Shown here in pieces: positions 25,872 through 32,000 of a DNA stretch of 32,000 nucleotides. The notes below the pieces were generated by a model. It was not told where the DNA came from. It saw only the letters and a program-made list of their open reading frames with translations, and did not search any database. The DNA comes from Schaalia odontolytica (GTDB taxonomy: Bacteria; Actinomycetota; Actinomycetes; Actinomycetales; Actinomycetaceae), in assembly GCF_005696695.1 (NCBI RefSeq), contig NZ_CP040006.1:1200001-1232000 (forward strand), written 5' to 3'. The translations under genes and the position numbers were made by a program. Every line of letters begins with the position of its first letter. Within the stretch, counting starts at the first letter, position 1.

Positions 25872-26666
25872 ATGTTCGATATTCACGGTTTCGAGATGAC
25901 GGTCTTTAAGCTCCTGATCGGTATCACCCTGATCGTCCTCCACCTGCGCCTCACTGGCAAGCAGCGGACGGTCCAGCTGACACCGATCGACTTTATCGGG
26001 AACTTTATCCTCGGCGGCATTATCGGCGGCGTCATCTACAACCACGCAATCTCGTTCGCGGAGTACATCAGCTTCCTGCTCGTCACCTTTGGAATCATCT
26101 CCGGCCTGAACTACCTGATGTCGAAGTTCATGTCGACCCGCTCTCTCGTGATGGGAAAGGCGTACACGATCATCGAGGGCGGGCGATTTACTCAGGACGC
26201 GCTCGACAACACGGATAACAAGCTCGACCCAGTCGAGTTTCTCGCAGAGCTACGCGGCATGGGCATCTTTTCACTGAGCGACATCAGCCTCGTACAACGC
26301 GAAGCCAACGGCTCGCTGACGGTACGGCGCAAGGGCGAGGGCGGCGTCAACTACGTCCTGGTGTCCAATGGCCAGATCGTAGCTGACAACCTCAACCTCG
26401 CCCACCGAGACGAGGATTGGCTGCGACACGAAATTTCTCAGGCCGGTGTCGGTGAACTGGAAGACCTCTTCATCGTGGAACTGACTCCCGATAACCGATT
26501 GAACATTGTCGACGAGTCCGGCAATACGACGGCCATGAGTATTACCGATCCCACTGTCAACGTCGTCACGACTGTGACTGAGTTCCTGAACCCCGATTCG
26601 CAGGCGCCCACCCTCGAGGAGTTTGCAGCCGATAACACCGACACAGGCGCTGGGACTTCCGAGTGA
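25872..26666 (+). CDS. DUF421 (YetF-like) membrane protein with acidic C-terminal extension
   Basis: 264-aa ORF with N-terminal TM helices (LLIGITLIVLHLRLTGKQRTVQLTPIDFIGNFILGGIIGG), then a soluble domain. Sample lines hand-counted at about 47-63% GC, lower than the neighbouring genes. Confidence 0.65.
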   Translation: MFDIHGFEMTVFKLLIGITLIVLHLRLTGKQRTVQLTPIDFIGNFILGGIIGGVIYNHAISFAEYISFLLVTFGIISGLNYLMSKFMSTRSLVMGKAYTIIEGGRFTQDALDNTDNKLDPVEFLAELRGMGIFSLSDISLVQREANGSLTVRRKGEGGVNYVLVSNGQIVADNLNLAHRDEDWLRHEISQAGVGELEDLFIVELTPDNRLNIVDESGNTTAMSITDPTVNVVTTVTEFLNPDSQAPTLEEFAADNTDTGAGTSE

Positions 26667-26693
26667 GCATCCTCTAGCCCCCGACGCAGCACT

Positions 26694-26729
26694 GCCCCGG
26701 CCTCGTTCTTCTTTGGACGAGGCCGGGGC
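26694..26729 (+). terminator. 13-bp GC hairpin GCCCCGGCCTCGT / ACGAGGCCGGGGC after the DUF421 gene
   Basis: Read directly from the sequence, 28 nt after the stop. 10-nt loop and no clear U tract. Confidence 0.5.
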
Positions 26730-27102
26730 TGTACTTCGGGCCAGCTCACGCGGCTCGTGCGCATATCGGTGTGTGCACTGGAAGCCGAGTGAATGCGCCG
26801 CAACCGCGCATGACCATCACCGTGGCCGCATAGATAAGCAGGTCGAAATCATCCCCGTTGACGACTTCGACCTGTGAAACAGTTTACTGCAGTCCTTGAA
26901 TGAAATGTGTCCGTTGCAACGGGCAAATCCCGCCGCTTCTACCTGCGAAATTACGTGAAAGATTAGCCGAAAACCCGCGTTTACCAGTCGAAATAAAACC
27001 GCAAAATACTGCGTCACATTTCGATTACAAAGCGAAGTTATTCCAGGGATCAGGGACCGAGGTCCCCACTGATCCACGGGACTAAAAGTCCTCGTCAGCA
27101 CA

Positions 27103-27142
27103 TACAAAAAACCACGAGGAGCATGTCCTCGCGGTTCTTTTC
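27103..27142 (-). terminator. intrinsic terminator of tRNA-Pro (weaker in the plus direction)
   Basis: The minus-strand reading is ACCGCGAGGA-catgc-TCCTCGTGGT followed by TTTTTTG. On the plus strand the same stem has one A-C mismatch and is followed by TTCTTTT. Confidence 0.75.
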
Positions 27143-27143
27143 G

Positions 27144-27217
<74 letters not shown>

Positions 27218-27435
27218 TATTCAGTTCGTCGCCGTGGCGACCTGTAGAACTATAGCGCACCTTGACGAAGTCAGGCAAGCCGACCGCAGTGCGCCGCGCC
27301 ACACCCTCATCAGATCGAGCTGATACGCAGCTCGCCCCCCGAGGCACGTGTCAGAAGCCGGAACAGATGAATAGACGCTCATGAGGTGACTACACTGTCC
27401 TTCGTCCGTATCCCCTGCATCTACGAGAGCTTCTT

Positions 27436-28062
27436 TTGATGACCAGTCGACACCTCCTCTCAGTCACGGCGAGCCTTGCTCTGGCAGCCGCAGGCTTGAT
27501 TGCACCCACATTCGTCACGCAGGGGTCCCCTGCAGTGGCGAGCCCGATGGTGAGCGTGTCCTCAAGCGCTCCCGCATTTGCCCATGCCGCCGTCACTGCA
27601 GGAACGCGAGCACAGACACAGCCCGTGACGATGCCGGCGAGGCGCATCCGAATCCGCTCGCACTCCAACAATCCCACCATCACAATCATCTCCTGGATCC
27701 TGGCGATCCTCATTGTTGGTGGCGGAATCCTGGTACGGTACGCGATCTTCAAGGCCACTCAGCGCAACTCAACCCCGCCGACGGCATTCAATGGCCCCAA
27801 TGGGCCGCAGTACGGCGTGACAGGGAGCAACTACGGCACCGGGGGAACCGGATACGGAACCGGGGGAACCGGATACGGAACCGCGGGAACGGGATACGGC
27901 ACCGGGGGAACCGGATATGGCACCGGAGGAACCGGATACGGCGCCGCTGGAGCCGGATACGGAACCGCAGCGGACGCGGCACAGCCAGGCTCCCCGGCAT
28001 ACGGCACCGGGGCCTACGGCAATCAGCAGGGCGTGCAGGGACCCTACGGAACAGGATTCTGA
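27436..28062 (+). CDS. hypothetical membrane protein with C-terminal Gly/Thr/Tyr heptad repeats (GTGGTGY)n
   Basis: 208-aa ORF (TTG 27436 or ATG 27439). It has an N-terminal hydrophobic or signal-like segment and a second TM segment (ITIISWILAILIVGGGILV). It ends in a low-complexity tail, YGTGGTGYGTGGTGYGTAGTGYGTGGTGYGTGGTGYGAAGAGYG. It is bounded by the tRNA promoter region and a strong hairpin. No homologue is recognised. Confidence 0.6.
   Translation: MMTSRHLLSVTASLALAAAGLIAPTFVTQGSPAVASPMVSVSSSAPAFAHAAVTAGTRAQTQPVTMPARRIRIRSHSNNPTITIISWILAILIVGGGILVRYAIFKATQRNSTPPTAFNGPNGPQYGVTGSNYGTGGTGYGTGGTGYGTAGTGYGTGGTGYGTGGTGYGAAGAGYGTAADAAQPGSPAYGTGAYGNQQGVQGPYGTGF
27835..27960 (+). repeat. in-frame 21-bp tandem repeat, 6 copies (consensus GGCACCGGGGGAACCGGATAC)
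   Basis: The units run 27835-27855, 27856-27876, 27877-27897, 27898-27918, 27919-27939 and 27940-27960, each with 0-5 substitutions. Degenerate copies flank the array. Confidence 0.9.
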
Positions 28063-28072
28063 GACCTTCACC

Positions 28073-28108
28073 GTGAGTGCCCCGTACCAATAGGTACGGG
28101 GCACTCAC
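28073..28108. terminator. perfect 16-bp hairpin GTGAGTGCCCCGTACC-aata-GGTACGGGGCACTCAC between convergent genes
   Basis: Read directly from the sequence, between the Gly/Tyr-repeat ORF stop (28062) and the cmk stop (28127). No U tract on either side. Confidence 0.55.
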
Positions 28109-28126
28109 GTGTATTGATACGCAGCC

Positions 28127-28861
28127 TCAGCGCGAAGCGTCGCGGACCTCGAGATCGCGGTCGACAAAGACCAGGACCGCCTCGCACACGCCTTCGATGT
28201 CGAGTCCTGTGGAGTCCACGGTCTCGACACCGGGGGCTGCCACCATGAACTCAGAGACCTGCGAGTCGGCCTTGTCACGGCCCTCGACCTGGGCCCGCAC
28301 AATCTCCATGTGCTCCTCAGTGGCATCTCCGTAGAGTTCGAGGGTCCGGCGACGCAGGCGGGCCTCCTGATCGGCGAGCAGGAGAACACGAACATCCGCA
28401 TCGGGGCAGACGACGGTCGTGATATCGCGCCCCTCAGCGATCATGCCGGAGCCTTGTTCACGGGCCTCCATCATTCGGCGACGCTGCTCGGCCGCCATCC
28501 ACGCACGCACGTCAAGGTTCGTCGAGATGTGCTTGATCGCTAAGGCGATACGCGGCTCGCGAATCTCAAGGGTGATCTCTGAATCGCCGATCCACACGTG
28601 CGGGTCCGACGGATCCGACACGAGGCGCAGGGGCATACGAGCCGCTGCTGCGGCGACCGCCGCCGTATCCTCCAGATCGATGCCTTCATCCAGGCAGTAC
28701 CACGTGAGCGCACGGTACATGGCGCCCGTGTCCAAGTAGCCGATGCCCAGACGGGTCGCCAGAGCCTTCGAGACCGTGGACTTGCCCGAACCGGCCGGCC
28801 CGTCGATGGCTATCGTGATGCCGACGCGGGAAATCGCATCTCGACGCTGCGTATCGTTCAT
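28127..28861 (-). CDS. cmk: cytidylate kinase
   Basis: The P-loop region is IAIDGPAGSGKSTVSKALATRLGIGYLDTGAMYRALT. The ATG at 28861 is preceded by GAGGAG. The longer ORF reaching 28909 would overlap tyrA. Confidence 0.9.
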   Translation of the reverse strand: MNDTQRRDAISRVGITIAIDGPAGSGKSTVSKALATRLGIGYLDTGAMYRALTWYCLDEGIDLEDTAAVAAAAARMPLRLVSDPSDPHVWIGDSEITLEIREPRIALAIKHISTNLDVRAWMAAEQRRRMMEAREQGSGMIAEGRDITTVVCPDADVRVLLLADQEARLRRRTLELYGDATEEHMEIVRAQVEGRDKADSQVSEFMVAAPGVETVDSTGLDIEGVCEAVLVFVDRDLEVRDASR

Positions 28862-28887
28862 CAAAACGTTCTCCTCACCGAGGTCGT

Positions 28888-30087
28888 TTAGTGGGTGATG
28901 AGTCGCCAACCCCGCTGTTGCAGGTCGGCGACAGCGCGGTCAGCGACCGCCGGGTCAATCATGACGCGGGCGACGCCCGCCTGCGCACCCGCAGAGTGTT
29001 CCAGAACCAAGTCTTCGATGTTGATCCCTGCCTCGCCGAGCTCGCTGAAAAGCCTACCGAGAGCGCCCGGCTCGTCGGGGATGAGCACTTCGATCTCGCG
29101 ATACCGGGAAGGAGCACCACCGTGCTTGCCGGGAATACGCGCGACGCCCTGATTACCCGCGGTCATGACCCGATTGATCGCGCCCACGGAACCGCCGCGT
29201 AGGGGGCCGAGTTCTGCAGCCGCATCGAGGTGCGTGAGCAAGTCATCGAGGTCGGTGCGCAGATCACGCAGGATGTCTGCAACCGGACCGGCGTTGCCGG
29301 CCAAAATCGCTGTCCACAGGCGCGGATCGGAGGCCGCAATCCGAGCGGTATCTCGAAGCCCCTGCCCCGCAAGCCCGAGCGCCTGGGCTGGGGCGTCCAC
29401 AAGACGCGCAGCAAGCATCGACGACACCAGCTGAGGAACGTGCGACACGAGTGCGACGGCATGGTCATGTGTGCCCGCGTTCATCTCGAGAGGCACGGCT
29501 CCGACGTCCGTCGCCAACGCGCGAGCTACCAGCACCGCGCGCGGCCACGTCGACTCGTGCGCAACGATCACCCACGGGCGTCCGTAGAACAGATCGGCAT
29601 CTGCGGCACCCGCACCGCTGCGCTCACGACCTGCCATGGGATGCGATCCGACGTAACGCGAGGCTTCCTCGAGACGTCCCTCACGCTCCAAGCCGCGCAG
29701 CACATCGGCTACAACCGCATCCTTCACGGAGGCAACATCGGTGACGATCGCGTCGGGGAAACGCAGCAGCGATTCGACGATCACACGGTCAGCGACATCC
29801 GGCGGCGTCGCGACGACAACGATAGACGGCGCCTGATACGAAGGCGTATCCGAGCCACACTCGCTTGGGCGCACCCCGGCCTCGGCGAGAACATCGCCGA
29901 ACGCCTGCCCGGCGCCCACGTCGGAGGCCAGGCGTAGCGAAGTGGGCGAGGCATCGTCGAGATAGACGCGCACTCCCCCGGCCCGCAGAGCGAGGCCCAG
30001 GGACGCACCCAGCAGACCCGATCCGATGATGAGGACCGGGCCCGCTGTTTGCACGACGCGCGCGCCGACGCCGTCCGAGGTGTTCAC
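28888..30087 (-). CDS. tyrA: prephenate dehydrogenase with C-terminal ACT domain
   Basis: 399-aa ORF with the Rossmann motif VLIIGSGLLGASLGLAL, a GSHPMAG motif, and an ACT-like C-terminus (IEVLIPDEPGALGRLFSELGEAGINIEDL). GTGA overlap with the rluB stop. Confidence 0.85.
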   Translation of the reverse strand: MNTSDGVGARVVQTAGPVLIIGSGLLGASLGLALRAGGVRVYLDDASPTSLRLASDVGAGQAFGDVLAEAGVRPSECGSDTPSYQAPSIVVVATPPDVADRVIVESLLRFPDAIVTDVASVKDAVVADVLRGLEREGRLEEASRYVGSHPMAGRERSGAGAADADLFYGRPWVIVAHESTWPRAVLVARALATDVGAVPLEMNAGTHDHAVALVSHVPQLVSSMLAARLVDAPAQALGLAGQGLRDTARIAASDPRLWTAILAGNAGPVADILRDLRTDLDDLLTHLDAAAELGPLRGGSVGAINRVMTAGNQGVARIPGKHGGAPSRYREIEVLIPDEPGALGRLFSELGEAGINIEDLVLEHSAGAQAGVARVMIDPAVADRAVADLQQRGWRLITH

Positions 30088-30833
30088 AGTCCGACGGCCC
30101 CGTACAGTGCGCTCAGCGCGTTGCCCTTCACGCGGCGGGTCGTTCCCTGCTTGAGATGGTCGAGAGAGATCGGACCAAAGCCCGTGCGGACGAGCTCGCG
30201 CACCGGGTAGCCAACAGCCTCCATCATGCGGCGCACGAGGCGGTTGCGGCCCTCGTGCACGACGATCTCGACGGTCGTGATGTCGCCGTAGGTGTCAACG
30301 ATGCGGAAGGAGTCAACCTTGATCGGGCCGTCCTCCAGCTCGATGCCGTTCATGAGGGTGCGCTTGACGCCGGGCTTGACCTCGCCGTGCAGACGCGCCA
30401 CGTAGGTCTTGCGAATCTCGTACTTGGGGTGCGTCAGACGGTTCGCCAGCTCGCCATCGTTGGTCAGCAGGAGCAGGCCGGACGTATCGATGTCGAGGCG
30501 GCCCACGTGGTACAGACGCTCGGGGTAGTCGGCGATCAGGTCGGCGATCGTGGGGCGGCCCTCCGGGTCGCTCATCGTGGACACGGTGCCGATCGGCTTA
30601 TTGACGGCCAGGACGATGTGCTTCGTCTCATCCAGGATGAGGCGCTCGCCGTCGACGTGAATGACCTGCTTCGCCGGGTCCACGCGCACGCCCTGGTTAC
30701 GGACCACGGTGCCATCGACGCTCACACGTCCGTCGGCGATCATCTGTTCGGACGCGCGCCTGGATGCGACGCCTGCCTGGGCGAGCACCTTCTGCAGGCG
30801 CACTCCACCCTCTGTGTAGGGGTTAGCCCTCAT
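30084..30833 (-). CDS. rluB: 23S rRNA pseudouridine synthase, RluB/RsuA family
   Basis: S4 domain (RLQKVLAQAGVASRRASEQMIADGRVSVDG) and the catalytic motif HVGRLDIDTSGLLLLTNDG. ATGA overlap with the scpB stop. Confidence 0.9.
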   Translation of the reverse strand: MRANPYTEGGVRLQKVLAQAGVASRRASEQMIADGRVSVDGTVVRNQGVRVDPAKQVIHVDGERLILDETKHIVLAVNKPIGTVSTMSDPEGRPTIADLIADYPERLYHVGRLDIDTSGLLLLTNDGELANRLTHPKYEIRKTYVARLHGEVKPGVKRTLMNGIELEDGPIKVDSFRIVDTYGDITTVEIVVHEGRNRLVRRMMEAVGYPVRELVRTGFGPISLDHLKQGTTRRVKGNALSALYGAVGL

Positions 30834-31390
30834 AGTTCTTCCTCCAATTCATCCAGCGCGTCGGCGTCTGGCAGGTAGGGTGCCAACGGTACCAGCTCCG
30901 ACAGGCTCGTTAATCCCATTTTCTCAAGAAATTCCCCGGTCGTCCCGTACAGGCGCGCGCCAGACGGTGTCAGTCCCGTCTCTTCCACGAGGCCTCGGGC
31001 GAGCAGCGTACGCACGACACCGTCCACGTTCACCCCACGAATACGGCAGATTCGCGCCCTCGAAATGGGCTGACGGTAGGCAATGACCGCCAGCGTTTCG
31101 AGAGCAGCCTGAGACAGGCGCGCGTGCGAGGATCCGACAACGAAGCGCCCGACCACATCGGCGTATGCCCGTGCGGAATAGATGCGCCAACCGCCCGCCA
31201 CTTCGCGCAGCTCGAAACCGCGCGGGCGTTCCTGTCCCTCGCCCAGGTACTCGGCGGCGAGAGCGCGCAGGTGCTGTTCTATGTCCGCGCTACTCACGCC
31301 GAGGACATCAGCAAGATCGGACGCGGCAACCGGCTCCGAGGCCACCATCAGAATCGCCTCGATCGCACCGCGCAGCGTGGTCTCACTCAT
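30830..31390 (-). CDS. scpB: segregation and condensation protein B
   Basis: LRGAIEAILMVASEPVAASDLADVLG...ALETLAVIAYRQPISRARICRIRGVNVDGVVRTLLARGLV is typical ScpB. The ATG at 31390 lies 9 nt after AAGGAG. The ORF track start at 31414 is a TTG. Confidence 0.85.
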   Translation of the reverse strand: MSETTLRGAIEAILMVASEPVAASDLADVLGVSSADIEQHLRALAAEYLGEGQERPRGFELREVAGGWRIYSARAYADVVGRFVVGSSHARLSQAALETLAVIAYRQPISRARICRIRGVNVDGVVRTLLARGLVEETGLTPSGARLYGTTGEFLEKMGLTSLSELVPLAPYLPDADALDELEEEL

Positions 31391-32000
31391 CGGCGTCATC
31401 TCCTTCTGTGTCAATCACGGCCTCGGACGGGGACGAGGCCGTGGCTGAGTGCGCGTCACCGGCACCCGTATAGTCGTCCACATCGATGTCGATGCTTCCC
31501 TCGTCGCCGGTCCACTGAATCGTCAGCGTGTCAAGCGCCCCGTCTTGCTCAAACTCGATGGCTCCACGCCTATAGAGCTCCAAAAGCGCAAGGAAGCGAG
31601 AGACGACGACGGCTCGCGTGGGCGCATCCGCGACGAGCTCATGGAAGGTCATTCGGCCTGCTTCAGCGAGCATCGATGAGACGATCAGAGCCTGCTCGCG
31701 GACCGGAACAACGGGATCGTGCAGATGGGCGACCTGAACCGTCGGGCTCGTCGATGACAGGGCATCAGCAGCCAAACGAGCAAGGTCTTCGCGGGTTGTC
31801 AGCCACCGGAGATCGGGCAAGAGGCTCGCGAAATGCGGCTCGAGGGGCACGTCCCTGGCGATATACGAGCCGTACTCCCCCATCCGCGCGTCGATGTGTT
31901 TCGCGGCTTCCTTGAAAGCCCGATACTGCAGCAGGCGCGAGAACAGGAGGTCGCGGGCCTCCAGGTCAGCCTCGGACGCGTTATCCTCCTCGTCAACGCT
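31383..32000 (-). CDS. scpA: segregation and condensation protein A (N-terminus outside the window)
   Basis: The frame stays open to the window edge. Translating 32000..31884 gives SVDEEDNASEADLEARDLLFSRLLQYRAFKEAAKHIDAR, continuous with MGEYGSYIARD...SRFLALLELYRRGAIEFEQ. This is typical ScpA. Confidence 0.85.
   Translation of the reverse strand, partial: SVDEEDNASEADLEARDLLFSRLLQYRAFKEAAKHIDARMGEYGSYIARDVPLEPHFASLLPDLRWLTTREDLARLAADALSSTSPTVQVAHLHDPVVPVREQALIVSSMLAEAGRMTFHELVADAPTRAVVVSRFLALLELYRRGAIEFEQDGALDTLTIQWTGDEGSIDIDVDDYTGAGDAHSATASSPSEAVIDTEGDDADE

Noticed and set aside
26817-27107. 96-aa minus-strand ORF in the AT-rich spacer
   Set aside because: Its start lies inside the tRNA terminator hairpin. 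It has no ribosome-binding site and no recognisable motifs. It is more likely non-coding sequence.
24456-27143. Integrated mobile element at tRNA-Pro (looked for an integrase, excisionase, phage or transposase genes, and an att repeat)
   Set aside because: None of these were found. Only compositional deviation supports foreign origin, so it is reported as a low-confidence finding rather than as a mobile_element feature.
27835-27960. Possible CRISPR array or other spaced repeat
   Set aside because: The units are contiguous 21-bp tandem copies without spacers, and they are in frame within an ORF. This is not a CRISPR architecture, and no cas genes are present in the window.
27769-28108. Two minus-strand ORFs (111 and 106 aa) across the 21-bp repeat
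   Set aside because: They are open only because the repeat lacks stop codons in several frames, and they run through the terminal hairpin. The plus-strand frame has a membrane-protein N-terminus and is the only plausible coding frame.

Overview
This is a high-GC actinobacterial chromosomal segment. Hand counts of sample 60-nt lines give about 63-73% GC; the taxon cannot be fixed from the sequence alone. It is densely packed with housekeeping genes in synteny blocks known from Mycobacterium and Corynebacterium. In window order: fmt (partial)-rsmB-rpe; an FMN riboswitch with a 2-gene ABC importer; pafB-pafC-helY (helY frame-broken); lnt-ppm1 converging on rbpA; a PAP2-family membrane protein with an orphan Hsp70-like ATPase; on the minus strand, pepN-DUF881-sbp-DUF881-garA/odhI-MerR (ftsR-like)-MerR; a murE-type ligase; der; tag, a bPH_2 protein and a DUF421 protein; tRNA-Pro(GGG); a Gly/Tyr-repeat membrane protein; and, on the minus strand, scpA (partial)-scpB-rluB-tyrA-cmk. 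I found no CRISPR array, transposase, integrase, toxin-antitoxin pair or recognisable defence island, and I cannot point to a convincing novel multi-gene system. The items most worth a second look are: (1) an FMN riboswitch driving an ATPase-less ABC importer exactly where the rib operon normally follows rpe; (2) a 1-nt frame break in helY at a C run; (3) two perfect 7-1-7 palindromes between the two MerR genes; (4) der separated from and inverted relative to cmk, around a 5-kb accessory-looking block; (5) within that block, an AT-rich structured non-coding stretch next to the tRNA-Pro 3' end; (6) also within it, a membrane protein with a 21-bp x 6 GTGGTGY tandem repeat; (7) two DnaA-box-like direct repeats upstream of tag. 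All functional calls rest on motifs read by eye from the ORF translations; no database search was run.
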